From assembly GCF_032062105.1 (NCBI RefSeq), contig NW_026939745.1, positions 1 through 64,000 on the forward strand: a stretch of DNA of 64,000 bases, written 5' to 3'. Of the stretch, positions 47,813 to 60,992 are shown in pieces. The translations under genes were made by a program, and so were the position numbers. The notes under the pieces are model-generated. The model did no database searches and was not told where the DNA came from. It saw only the letters and a list, made by a program, of their open reading frames with translations. This stretch comes from Saccostrea cucullata. Lineage: Eukaryota. Within the stretch, counting starts at the first letter, position 1. Each line of letters opens with the position of its first letter.

Positions 47813-49688
47813 GGACATCTGTGGAATAGCATACAGTGGACAACAGACTTCAGACTTCGGACTTTAAATGACGGGAAGCATCTCAAAGTGTAGAAATTAT
47901 AAATCACATTTGAGTTTGATTTGATAATGCAATGGCATTTAATATCATGATTATTAATAAACGACATACTTCTGCGACATTCATAAATATGAAACGAGGA
48001 ACACTTTGATAAGTTTAATGTTTCAGTCAGTCTCTTTGGAATCGGAACTCGCATCGAAAATGTATTTTTCTTTTCTCTTCTATCTACTTCTTTAATTATT
48101 CTTGACTTGTTAAATTTTATTATCAATACTTGACTTTCAAGATTTTTCCGTCGTAAAACTGTTTTTCTCTATGCCTGTTTTAGCACCCACTTATGAAAAA
48201 AGAGAAAGGATGTACCCTTATGTATATAAAATTTGAAATAAATAGTGATGTCCATTTGATGGAAACATGCTGGAAACATGATGCAGATTTCTAATCTACT
48301 CAGCTTTTTCATAATTATAATGATTTCAATAAACCTGATTCAATTCCAATTTGGCTTAATAATATTAGGCTATAAATCGTTATTTGAAAAGCCAGTTAAT
48401 CACACACTCGCACAAAAACACATGTTTTGGAACAGAATTGTATAGGCAGTGAAATTATCTTATTCAAATGTATTTTAAAGATGGTACCCCCCCCCCCCAC
48501 CTTCCGCATATACACTCCCCTCCCTGAAGATAGAATTTTCAAGTTTAGAATATTCTCCTTTTTATCTTTGTCAAATTTTTTTTCGGGTAAGTTGCAATCC
48601 CCCCCCCCCAAAAAAAATCAAGCATTTTCAAAATCGACATGCCTATTCATGACATATTTACATATTTTATAATATTAAATAGCTGGAGATATTAAGCTTT
48701 TAGTATCTTAAACATTTCTTTTATTCAAAATTGAACAAAATGTATTTTCAACTTCACATTCAAATTGTTTTTAATATGCAAACTGAAGGTACATGTACAA
48801 CTTCCGATCAATGTGATTTACATGTTCAAACCTTATTAATTTTTTTTAGATTTTGATTAGTTAATAGTGAGAAAAACGGCGTAATACGTCAATATTGTCT
48901 AAAAACTGGATATATTTTGTCCAAATACGAAAAGTGTGAAGTCACAGGAGGTCTTTTTCTTTGCCTTTTTACCGTTCAAGGTAGTTTAGTCGGTCGAGCA
49001 CTTGCTCCGTGATCGGGAGGTCGTGAGTTCGTATCTCGGCCGCGATTGACCTAGTCGTTAAAATGGGTAGCAACTGTTCCTTCGCCATATGCATGCGCTC
49101 GGCACTTTGAAGTGAAAGTTGCGGGTCCTTCGGTTGAGACCTTAAAAACTGAGGCCCCGTGTCAGCGGCAGGCGTTGGCACGATAAAGATCCCCCGCTGC
49201 TCAATGGCCCTGAGTGCCGAGTAAAGGTCAAAATTGAAAGCTCTTCATCGGCATACGGTGACGTCTCCAAATGAGTGAAAAATTCTCGAGAGGGACATTA
49301 AACAATACATAATCAATCAATCAATATTTACCTTTTATGTGGCATGGTGGTTTCTATACCTTATGTACATTTCATTTTCTGAGATTGTAGTTGTTTGTAG
49401 TTCACATTTGACACTTTTTAATTTAATAATGCATGCTAAAATATAAGAAATCTCGAGAAATGTTCACAAATAAATTCTTTGCAAATTTCTCATCAAAATA
49501 CAAATTTCAAAATTCTTCAAATTAATTTTTTCATAGTTATCGAAAGCTTGAACATTTTCAGATGATTTGTTATGAAATATAGATTATATAGATTTTTTAT
49601 TTTTTAAACTGCTCCCTTAGAAAAGTCCGCCTTTAAATGTCTGAAGTCCGAAGTCCGCTTTTCGCTGTACGCTATTCCGCAAATGTCC
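47813..49688. mobile_element. Non-autonomous TIR element with GG ends and AT TSD (ISL2EU-like)
   Basis: AT|GGACATCTGTGGAATAGCATACAG..GACTTCAGACTTCGGAC mirrored by GTCTGAAGTCCGAAGTC..CTGTACGCTATTCCGCAAATGTCC|AT. Confidence 0.7.
48970..49325 (+). mobile_element. Full-length tRNA-derived SINE
   Basis: A box TAGTTTAGTCGG, B box GAGTTCGTATC, conserved body, (CAAT)n tail. Confidence 0.8.
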
Positions 49689-50185
49689 ATTTGGTCCTTG
49701 TCGTCAATAGCCAGTTAAGCATCCTTATATGTGGAAGACTCTGGTGTTTTTATCCAACATTCACTAGTATATTAAGTCGACATTGGAATGAAAATAACTA
49801 TTGTTAAATAATGCATCGATGAGGGTCCAAGCAATAATAAGAGTGTATTCTTTCATTTATCATCAATTTCGAACTTTAACATAAAAAAATGTCATTCTCA
49901 CGATAGAAAAAGATTGACGGTTCAACTGTAACAGTTTTATTGTAGGTCCATCTCACAAAGAGCATGTCATTACCTATTTAAATCAACCTGCTAATATCTG
50001 TTTGAATAGTATGTTTCTGTTTCAGATTTCTTCTAAACAATATATTTGTTTAACAATAAAATGGATCGCATACCTCGACTATCAGATGCGGTGTATGTAG
50101 GACTGTGTCATAAAATTGGATCTTCTACAGAAATAAGGTTCAGAAGAGAGATAATGGTCCGGCGGGAATTTTAGGATTAACGGGA

Positions 50186-52087
50186 ATGAATAGTGGTAGT
50201 AGGCGTGAGGGATTCCGACTACCTACCTCAGATGTAGATTTGATGGTTTGGCCTACAGATTTTAAAGTTATCTGTGATATCTCTCAGAAAGGTATTTACC
50301 ATATCCCAAGGCATATTGTTTTTCTTATGGAATGTGATGATTTACCATCGGGATTTGTCAGACTTAAAGTGTTGAGTCCAATAAAGGATGCTGACCTTAG
50401 ACGCGGCTGTTTAGTTATAAATAATACAATTTATATGTCTAGTGCCCTTTTGCGTAATATTTGTGTGCGATGTCTCCAGAATGCACATATACCTCCTATT
50501 TCTAATTGTATGTCTCATGGACCCTCTTGCACAGTTTTCACTGCCAATGATGAGGTTATCAATAAAGAAACAGACATTGTGTTTTGTTTGCAGTCACATC
50601 ACTGGCCACCTATAGCACTTCAATGGGTCCAGAGAAGTCGCGAAAAAGGATGGCCATCCGAGAGTCTTGTATCAGAAATATTAAACGGAGGCTTTCATGT
50701 TGTTCCTATCGGAAGCACACCTGCAGATGAACTCGAATGGAGAATTTCGTTCTCTCGAGCTGAACAAAAAATTGTTTATTCAATGAATCACTGTCAGTTT
50801 TTGTGTTATGGTCTCTTCAAAATATTTCTGAAAGAAGTAATTAACTTTCAAAATAATACGCATGTCCTTTGTTCATACTTCATAAAAACGAGTGTATTTT
50901 GGATAATTCAGTCCAAAATGTCGTTAGCTTGGATACCTGAAAATTTGCTGTCTTGTTTCTGGGAATGCTTCAAACTTTTAATATTTTTTGTACATACTGG
51001 AGAATGTCCCAACTTTTTCATTCCAGATAATAACATGTTTAGATTGAAAGTCACTGGTTCTGTGCAAACTTCATTGTTCAGTCACTTGTATAATTTGTAT
51101 TGTGAGGGAATTTCATGTCTTCTTTTAAGTCCAACATTCAGCAATTATTTATGTAAAGTCATTCTAAACAGAACATTGAGAGTCTGTATAGATGAGAGCA
51201 GTATTATTTCTACCATTCAATTAGATATAAGCTTATTGAACGAATTATATTCGTTCACACTTCGGCAAATATATATTACGGATTTTGCACTTAATATGAA
51301 GCGAATAGAAGAAATGCTTCGAGGAAGGTTAACATTGTATCAGACAGTTTCCTTACAATGTATAACATCACGATTATTACGGTGCGCTGCTTTGTTGGTA
51401 CAGGGTAATTGTAATTCAAATAATTTTCGAAATAAGGTTTATTACAAATATAAGAACGCATCATTCTTGCTAAAATTATCAGCAAAATTTGGTTTCATGT
51501 CAGACATTCTGTATCTAGCTATGTATTTTTACAGAACATTTAGATATGAACAATCTCTAAGGTGTTTACAAAAGGCTCAGGAGAGGATATCGGTGTCATT
51601 TATTTTAAGTGAATGTCACGTTAATCCAGACATGTATAGACACTGCGTAATGGGGATGTCTCTATTTCATAAAGTCAGGAAAACTGTGGTAAAAAATATT
51701 ACCTTGGAGAATTTCTTTACTTACATTAATGAGCTAGTATTAGAACAGAATATCAGTGGGAAGAAAGGCCACCTGGCATTACAAATCCCTCCCCTAGTGA
51801 TGATACACATGTTGTTTATACTGAATCATCACAGACTTGGTGACACAGTCAGGTCACAACAATCTCTACAGGATCTACAGACTCTGCTTCTCTATGATGA
51901 CGGGATTTATGTGCATCCTTACCTCAGAGATATTTCGTGGCAAATACTGGGAATCTGTCAACAAATCTGTGGGGACTGCTTTAGAGCATTAGAGTCTTAT
52001 CAATATTCATTAAAACAAAGACCATATCACAAAATACATCAAGCTACAAGGCTTAGAATTAACACCTTGGTTAATGAAGAAATATAG
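50186..52087 (+). CDS. cGLR: cGAS-like receptor (Mab-21 nucleotidyltransferase + TPR-like C-terminus), copy 2; ancestral start ATG 50061 disconnected by a frameshifting deletion
   Basis: [56 protein letters not shown] and CPNFFIPDNNMF; same TPR-like tail as copy 1. Acceptor at 50025. Confidence 0.92.
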   Translation: MNSGSRREGFRLPTSDVDLMVWPTDFKVICDISQKGIYHIPRHIVFLMECDDLPSGFVRLKVLSPIKDADLRRGCLVINNTIYMSSALLRNICVRCLQNAHIPPISNCMSHGPSCTVFTANDEVINKETDIVFCLQSHHWPPIALQWVQRSREKGWPSESLVSEILNGGFHVVPIGSTPADELEWRISFSRAEQKIVYSMNHCQFLCYGLFKIFLKEVINFQNNTHVLCSYFIKTSVFWIIQSKMSLAWIPENLLSCFWECFKLLIFFVHTGECPNFFIPDNNMFRLKVTGSVQTSLFSHLYNLYCEGISCLLLSPTFSNYLCKVILNRTLRVCIDESSIISTIQLDISLLNELYSFTLRQIYITDFALNMKRIEEMLRGRLTLYQTVSLQCITSRLLRCAALLVQGNCNSNNFRNKVYYKYKNASFLLKLSAKFGFMSDILYLAMYFYRTFRYEQSLRCLQKAQERISVSFILSECHVNPDMYRHCVMGMSLFHKVRKTVVKNITLENFFTYINELVLEQNISGKKGHLALQIPPLVMIHMLFILNHHRLGDTVRSQQSLQDLQTLLLYDDGIYVHPYLRDISWQILGICQQICGDCFRALESYQYSLKQRPYHKIHQATRLRINTLVNEEI

Positions 52088-52577
52088 TTTTAGCTATTCT
52101 GTTTCGTTATGACAGCCAAAATACGCGTGTACGTTGTTGTTTTTTTGAAAGACAATGTTTTTACTTTTAGTTTATTTATTTATATTTTTCCATTTTCTTT
52201 ACTTTAAATTTCCTTCCACATTTTCGTGTTACAATATTTTTTGTTTTTATAGCCCTTAAAGAAAATTGTTTTTGTCAAGCAGAACATGTTTTGATGGCTG
52301 AAAAAAAGACTTTATTTTTAAAATGCAACAATGATATTTTCCAATGATAGGAATAGAATTGATGCTAGTGGCACTAGTCCATATAGCAATTCTCGTCACT
52401 TCAATTGTATCTTAAATAGATGTCTCTTGAACATGTTGATATAAGAAATTGATTCTTGAGATATAAAAACTATGTTTACCTATCACGTATCACATTTAAT
52501 TCAGATTCTGCACTCCATAGTCAAACGCACTGCGAAAACATAGGCTGAGTAGAATAAATAAATCAGCCAAATTCGAA

Positions 52578-52697
52578 GGATATGGCGATAACGAACAGTC
52601 TTCAATATAATGTCCATAAAACAATACAGAGTAGGAGCAGAGCAAACACGGACCTTCGACACATCAGAGGTGAGATCAGGTGCCATGGATGAGGACT
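52578..52697 (-). mobile_element. Short 3'-end fragment of the Penelope-like family, inverted
   Basis: Reverse complement matches 55370-55490 (CCATGGCACCTGATC.CACCTCTGATGT..GGTCCGTGTTTGCTCTGCTC). Confidence 0.75.
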
Positions 52698-53447
52698 AAA
52701 TAATATTTTTTTTTCTGAAGAGGATCATTCGACTAATAGTAGATTTTTTTAACAATGTAATTAGGATCATAATCTAACGATTATGGAATTAAAATATGTT
52801 TACTTTATGTGATGTTGCTGACGATTGGTTGTATTAACTGAAAATAAATCTTAGTTAAAAATTATTTTATTTGTTGAGCCGTAATTGAACGATCTATAAA
52901 TTGTTTACTAGTATTTAATTATTTTTTTTTATCAATGTCAGCAACTAAGCATGTCCTTTTTTGGCTTTTTTCTGAATACATTTCACTTTTACATTATCTT
53001 GTACATTTGAATTGTAATTAATTATTTAATAAATAAGAAAAATAATTAATTGTTATTTTTGGAATATAAGAGGTTGAATTCTGACCTTTTGAGTAGATTA
53101 TTTGGTCTTTATTCCTAGTCTAGCTAGTATAGATAGTTTTTCAATGCCCTGAAGTTAACAGAAGGTAATTCCTGTTGGGTGTCATATATACATATTGGAG
53201 GTCCTGCTAGCTAATTCTATTTTTCCTTTTTGATACTTTTATACTTGTTTACAAGCAATATATAATAGCAAAAGATTTTTTAATACTAAAATTACGAATT
53301 CAAGGAATCTAGAGTATATATGAAAAAATTGTGTTACCTTCACCCAATTGCCTAGTACATGTACAAGCTGTATGACAAGTTTAAATCAGTTGGTTGAAAA
53401 ATGAAGGAATTCGGTCTTGTATACCACTAATATGACCACAAATGGAA

Positions 53448-55490
53448 AATGTTACAATTATACATCGACCATTGCTTCCAAACTTTTCAATTACAAAAAC
53501 ACTTTACATGGCCTGGATATCGACTATCTGAAAAATAATCCCCTTTCGTGTTCATGTTCTTCTTCGCCCTATAACTATAGTCCTGCTGGACACGTTATTA
53601 CAGGTGACGTAAAAATAGTTCGTAATGAGGACCTTTGATCACTTATTTTAAAAGGTCCTAAATATAGGGAACCCCGATCCTTCAACTGGCGTCGGAATTT
53701 CATAAATATTATGGATTCTGTTGAAATTACGCCAGACGATGGGTTATATATGAAAAAGAAGACATTGACACCTTGTCAGAATGGATTAAATGTATCAGAT
53801 CCATGTTAAAGTCCCGTATTAAAAGATTGAGGGGCAAAATGAAAACCATCTATCCTTCTGTGTTCAATAAACCAGAAGTGAAAAAAGAATTAGATAGATT
53901 ACACGATCAGTACGTACTGGTTCCTGCCGACAAAGCAGGTAACAACATTGTCTTCGTTTGTAAGGTTCATTATACATGTTATATAAATTGCATTCTAGAA
54001 GAACTTGGATTTAATTCTACAAGTGGTAATCCTACATATACATATACTTCTCTTTCTAAGGAAGAAATTCTTCAAAATCACCTGTCAGTTTTGAATACTT
54101 TTAATATTCCACACAACCAAAATGAATTTGAACTACCTTATATATATTGGATTCCGAAACTTCATAAGAATCCTTACAAACAAAGATATATGGCAGGTTC
54201 CAGTAAATGTTCAACCAAGCCTCTTTCGTTACTTCTCACTAAAATATTGACAGTAGTGAAGGAAAAACTTCAAGAGTACTGTACAACTATATATTCAAGA
54301 AGTGGTGTAAATCAGATGTGGATGCTTAAAAATTCTAAAGAACTTTTGGACAATTTGAAATCACAAGACTTTACAAAAATCAACAGCATAAAAACTTACG
54401 ACTTTTCAACTTTATACACAACAATTCCCCACGACAAATTAAAATCCAGGCTTTTTGATATCATTGACAGCTGCTTCTTCAACAAAAATGGAACTCATAA
54501 GTTTACTTACCTCGTCATTGGTCATTTGGAAAATTATTTCGTTAAAACAGATTCTGATTGCACACATAAGTACTCTGAAGTTGACATCAAGAAGATGCTT
54601 GAGTTTCTGATTGACAATATATATGTGGTTTTTGGAGACCAGGTATTCCAACAATCTATTGGAATTCCCATGGGTACAAATTGCTCTCCGTTATTAGCAG
54701 ACTTATTTTTATATTCATATGAAGCAGAATTTATGCAAAATCTTTTGCGTGAAAAGAAGAAAACACTTGCTGTGGCCTTCAACTCGACATTTAGATATAT
54801 CGACGACGTATTGTCAATTAATAATGACAATTTCCATTCTTACGTCGACACTATATATCCTGGTGAGCTTGAGATACCACAGAGTCTGACACTTCTGCTT
54901 CATACTTGGATATTTTACTTGAAAAAGACACTAATAGTAATCTAACAACCAAGCTATATGATAAACGTGATGACTTTAACTTTTCTATCGTCAACTTCCC
55001 TTACTTATGCAGCAATATACCTTCATCACCTGCATACGGAGTATTTATATCTCAGTTGATTCGATACGCAAGAGCATGCTCTACGTATGAATAATTTCTT
55101 AAACGAGGTAAATTATTGACAAGCAAGTTGATGAAACAAAAATATCAACAGTCTCGTTTAAAGTCATCTTTTCGTAAATTCTATGGTCGATACAATGACC
55201 TTGTCAGCAAATACAATTTATCATTGAATGAAATGCTGACAGACGTTTTTCATATCAATTGTTAGTCCATTATTTATACACTGAATTGACCACGGATTTT
55301 TTCCGTTATTTCCTGATTATGACAACGAGCACACGGCGGGTGTGACCGGTCAGTAGGGGATGCTCACTCCTCCATGGCACCTGATCCCACCTCTGATGTT
55401 TCGGAGGTCCGTGTTTGCTCTGCTCTTATTTTGTATATTTGTTTAATGGACGTTGAGATTGAATACTGTTCGTTATTTCCATATCCTTCC
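53448..55490 (+). mobile_element. 5'-truncated Penelope-like retroelement (RT, no GIY-YIG visible), disrupted ORF
   Basis: VPADKA, YWIPKLHK, TYDFSTLYT, GIPMGTNCSPLLADLFL, FRYIDDVL and LYDKRDDFNF. Stops or frameshifts near 53636, 53725, 54875 and 55092; the frame ends ..FYGRYNDLVSKY.. Confidence 0.85.
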
Positions 55491-56556
55491 TTACTCTTGC
55501 GTAATTAAGGCGAGCCAAAAATAATTGAATGGGAAGAGTACCAGTTGCATGGTGTGAGTGGTACAAACGTTTACATTTGGTATATTGAAAAAATAGCCCA
55601 TCATCGACTTAATGTGATTGCTGAAAGACGTTTGTGAAAGACGGTAGCTATTTTTTGCGTTTTTGCAACACTTTTATAGAAATTAAAAGATGGATAGCTT
55701 TAACACGAATCAAAAACCTTCATCTTTTATGTGCAAACTTCAATAGCAACATTTAACACACTGGATTAAATATTAAACACAAAAATTGATGACAAACGAC
55801 ATTTTGTGGCGGAGGTTTTTTTATAAAGGAAGAAGTGATCCAGAGTACTAGATTCACTGGTTAATTAATAAATAGAGTGCTTAAATAAATATGATATCAT
55901 TTTACTAAAAAAAAATCATTAAAACTAAAACAAAATAATTTTTTAAATACAATTTGTATAGAATATGAATTTTTCTAGTAGCATTGAAACTGCACAGGGA
56001 CAAGGAATATACATCAAAAGTGTGCAAGGGCATAGATTATTTTTTTAGCTGAAGTATGGAATTGTTATTGCTTAAATAGTGTATATTTTGAAATGTGCTG
56101 GGAGCTTATCCTGGTCTGCATAACATTATTTTTATTCATAACAGAATTTAAGCGAAGTGTGAGCTTTTAGCTACATGTATTATACACATTTTCGGCAAAG
56201 TTTTCAGTACTTCTCAAACACCACAGACTAGCTTCCAGCACTTTTGTGGTAGATGAAATTAACATCTTTAAAGATGTATCAATTTTTTTCTTGAAAAACA
56301 AGCGTATGCCCTTGTACTATCCACATTTTCTTCATTCACCTTAACAATTCTATTTTTTATACAAGTCACGTGACAAACAGTTGATACATGCGATATAACT
56401 GGTACTGTGTACGGTCTAGTCCTGTCCATTATGGATAACTCTATTACATTTTTTTACGGGTATTCAGTAGCTTTGTTACAAATTTTTAAAAGAAGTAATA
56501 TATATTAAAACGGTGCTTTGGTCACATTTTCCATATCGGTCCTTAACATAGCCGAG

Positions 56557-56990
56557 AGGCAAGTCTCTGTGCTACAAATTCAGGAGAGCTTCAATAAAAA
56601 TATAGACTTCTTAAATGAGTACTAGTACACTTACATTGATGAAGTAGTATAATATCAGAAAATCATTGAAAAGAACGGAATATTTACTTTACTTATCCAA
56701 CCTCTAGTGATCTTACACATGTTGTTTATACTGAATCATCACAGACTGGGTGACCGAGTGACGTCACAACAATCTTTACTTGATCTGTGTCATAACGAAA
56801 ACGGGATTTATGTTTCTCCATGATGACGGTGTTTACATGGTGACAATACTCCGAAAACTGGGTATCTGTCAACAAAACTGTGGGAACTTCGTAGAAGCTC
56901 TAGAGTCTTTTCTAAATTCGTGAAGAGAAATGCCATTGCACCAAATCCAGGAGGCGACAAAATTGAGATTGTGCGCACTTAGTTATGACG
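56557..56990 (+). pseudogene. cGLR: cGLR 3' fragment (TPR-like tail only) derived from copy 1
   Basis: Matches 35185-35630 with several indels and stops; no nucleotidyltransferase domain upstream. Confidence 0.9.
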
Positions 56991-59900
56991 AAAATTTTGT
57001 ATAACTTTCGTAATAACATTGTAATAACATTGTAATTGTTTAAACAGTTAAAGATCTTCAACACCTTTCTTGATAGAGACTTTATGTTTTCCAATTGTAT
57101 CATTTGTTTTCATTTTTTTGTATTTCCATGCTTCCATATACCGGTATTTACATGTAATTTTTTTATAAGCTCTATTGTACCAATTGTTTTACTCAAGCAG
57201 ATAATGCTTTTGATTTAAATTTTTGGGGTTTGAAAATGAAGTTGATTTTAATTTGCAATAATGATGATCTAGTTTATAGAAAGAGAATGACACTTACAAT
57301 AAGTGGTTCAAAGTATAGGATAAATGAACATATATAATCCAATAAAAAGTCTCAGTGGTCGGAATTAAATAATTATAAATGAACTATACAGCACCGTTAA
57401 TGTGACACACCAGTAGAAGAGTCATGGTGGACAAGAGACTGAGTATATTTGTTTTATGTTCTATCAAAATGAACGAAGAATTAAAGAAAGTCGGAGTGAT
57501 TTATTGTGGATAGTGACAACTTTGGCAACTGGCAAATAGCCACATTGTTTATCCTAGTATGTGTGTACTGAACTGTAGCACTAGGCAGGTGACAAGGCAT
57601 ATTTGTATATATTGAATACCTTACAAAATAGGCAAGTAACCATTGTATTTGTATACTTTGCATTCATTATAATCCCTGTAAGACTATGAACGCAAGGAGA
57701 TCACTTGAATGTAGCACATTACAATAAGCAGGGGTATTTTACCAAGTTTTTAAAATTCATTTGCAACATGGCTTCGTCTATCAGTTTATTTTGTTTTATG
57801 CTTCATTGAATCCTTATAGTATTGTATAATACTCAGGTGACCATTAAGGCCCTTGGGCCTCTTGTCTACTTCAGCATGGTTATGTATTTTATGTCAAAAA
57901 CATAGTTTCTCGAAGATAATTTTTTGTGTAGATAAAGTGCTCGGCAAGTATTGGTCGGACATCTTTAAGCACAGAGTATTCCCGAATGTGTGTTACGTCT
58001 CTGACGCTGACGGCAATGTTCAGAAAATCAGGAATAATGATGGCCCCTTCTAAAGAGGTAGCATTCTGGCAATGGTAAATCCCCGTAGATTTTAAATTTG
58101 ACGCCTTCTGAATACACTTGTTGAACTCGGTGGGGTGGGGTTATTTTAAAGAAGAATGTTTGGGAAAGATCAATCTACCGATCGAGCCTAGTCTGAAGGC
58201 TGAGGTATTTGTGTATTTTGAGTACATAATTGATGTTGTCCTACCTAATTCTCAATCACACAATCATTTTAAAAATATAAAGAGACTGGTATCGAAGAAA
58301 ATCCAAATTTCAAAACAATTCTTGCCTGATTGGATTTGCGTTTTTCCAATTGTTACGTTTTATTCCCCTGGTTGATATGATACGTAATAAAATTAACCGT
58401 TTCATTTGAAGTTTTGCACATTTCATTTCTACAAAATGTTTCTTTTGATAATAAAACTAATAATCTGTTACATAATACATGTGATAAGTCTCAATATACA
58501 AGATTAACCATTAAAAACAGATTATATGTATACAGATGCGTACATGTTTCTCTGATTTCTAGAAAACTATTATTCAAATCCAAATGTCCCTAATCATTTC
58601 TATAAAAAGTTTTGTTTAACAATAAATCAATCATCTGATGCATCGTGGGTCTCAAATTATCTTTAACACACAATTATTCACAGACGTATCTTTCTTTGAG
58701 GTTTAGAAAGTGTAAATTGAAATTCCAATTTACTCAATGCACTTCTACTTATAATTTCGTTTGAGAATAAAGAAATTAACTGTTATGTCATGTGTCTCAA
58801 TCTTGTAAATCCATTACAAACACATTTTACTCAGAAGCTCATAAGTGTCAGTTTTGATGTTTACAAAACTTAAGCTTTAGTCTAATGTGCTTATTTCAAT
58901 TCTATGTGATGCTGTGTTTAACAATTAACCAATTACATATTATATTATGTGCCTCATAATTAATTTAGTAGAAACATAACCTATGCATAAATAATTTGTT
59001 GATGTTGGGTTAACTGTAATTAAAGAAAAGAAAAGCATTATTATTATTGATTTTTATTAAAGAAAAACTTTATTTTAGATTCTAATTTATGAAACATCAA
59101 AGAAAAGAAATGGGTTAGTTATGGAAATTAATTTAGAGTCATATTTTTCACAAATAACAATTGTTTATTTCTATGCATACGACTTATACTTTTATGCAAC
59201 AACTTAAATTGTATATTCTTAATAAAAAATCATTTGATTAAAGAGGAATACCAACTACCATAAATTTCCTACTCATCGAAAGAAAAAAGTGAATTATGAG
59301 CTGACTATATATATAGAGAAAAATGGGGTAAATATTTCCAAATGAATTCCATATACATGTACAGGTATGCATGGTAAATGAGAAATCATTGTTCGGGATA
59401 TCGAAATCCAATTGTAATTAATAAAAAGTTAATTACATTTCATACACTAGTATTATTTTTCTTAATATGTTTCTTAGAAAGAGAATTTGTATTTCAATGT
59501 GAAAAAATATCTTAAAAATGGTTTCTTATAAAATACTTCAATCTAGTTAAATAGGCTTTTTAGATCCACTTTATAAGCATTATCATTTTCTTGAGGGGGT
59601 CAAAAATTAAATTATTTTTCATACATATTTTTCCTCTTTCTCGAAAATATTTATATCCAATTTGAAACGTTTACAAAACAAAAGTTCTAAAATTGTCCAA
59701 TCATAAAACTTTTTTTATCTTTTGAAAATATCGCACTTTGATCACCAAGCATAAAATCATACCCTCTTCAAAACTAGAGCAATAAACAAATCACTTATAT
59801 TCGATATTCTTTTTGTGCTGTCAAACTGATTAGAAATATATAGTGTATGAAAATGTTGCATTACAGTGCTACATTGTCACCTGAACAGAAATCTACCTGC

Positions 59901-60992
59901 ATCAAAATGCGAAAAGCATGAACTTAGTTTCTTTGGGTGATTGCACATTTTTACAATTTGGGATGTTAGTTGCTGAAAAAAGGGTATCATATTTTTCCTT
60001 GATTGCTTTAGGTTTGTTCCTATAAATTTCACAAAAAAACAGTTCTTAGTAAAAAGATTTTGGAACAATTTATTACTGAAACAGCTGTTGTGCAAAAATT
60101 GAATAACTTTTTACTACCACGGGTGAAGTATTTCAATAAAACAGACTCTAACGGTGTAGTGACAGATTTAACTTAATATTTTAAATAAGTTTTCCACCTT
60201 CTGACGATAAGTAAATATACGTATAAGTATAAGATGCGTTTTACTTTTGCGAAATACTAAACATATGTGTATGACATAATGTCGGACTTAAACTATTACA
60301 TGTATTTAAAATCTAGAAAACACTGAATAAAAGACTAAGAGGAAGAACTCGTGTCCTTACTCTAGTATACACATACATTTTGAACTATCCTTCATTATCT
60401 ATTTCAGATGTTAATGAAACAACGATTTTGCCATTTTGATTGAAATATTAATAAGTAGTGGTGTCTTTATAGTTAAATTTTCTGAGATATTTTACCCTGT
60501 GTGCCTTATTGGTAATGCACAATCATTTTAATCTGCATGTCCTCCCTGATTCCTACTAATTGAGTGCTGTATATAATTATGTTTCAAACGTTCTGAATAA
60601 GAAAATTTTAAAATACCCAATGCCTAAGAATTGGGAAGTGCTCAAATACATGTACCCCATTATATTTAGTTCCATTGTTTAATTAATTTTATCTAAACGC
60701 ATAAGGGAAGGAAATAGAAAAGAATACATCCTTTCCATTTAATTTAAATGTTTGAAATCTACTTAAAATATATTTTACCAAAAAAATAATAACACCTATT
60801 CTCCGACTTCCTTGTCTTTCAGTCACAATTTTTATTGGAAGATACTCACTTGTAAATGTTATTCACAAATTCTACCAGTTCTACCCAATTACATGTACTT
60901 TTATTGCATCTTCAAAATGAAAACAAAACCAACATGTAGGAGAAAAATATTAAAATGAACATTATCCTTTTTTTTCTTGGAAAGGGCAGTTA

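Noticed and set aside
47665-48126. 153-aa ORF and the many 60-110-aa ORFs in AT-rich DNA
   Set aside because: No recognisable domains; they cross TE boundaries or are antisense to real genes, and many have non-ATG starts.
48970-49045. tRNA gene
   Set aside because: A and B boxes are present, but the sequence continues into a SINE body and tail and no intact cloverleaf is evident.
33668-52087. Bacterial CBASS/CD-NTase operon
   Set aside because: The proteins have metazoan Mab-21 motifs and splice acceptors, lie among eukaryotic TEs, and have no adjacent Cap effectors.
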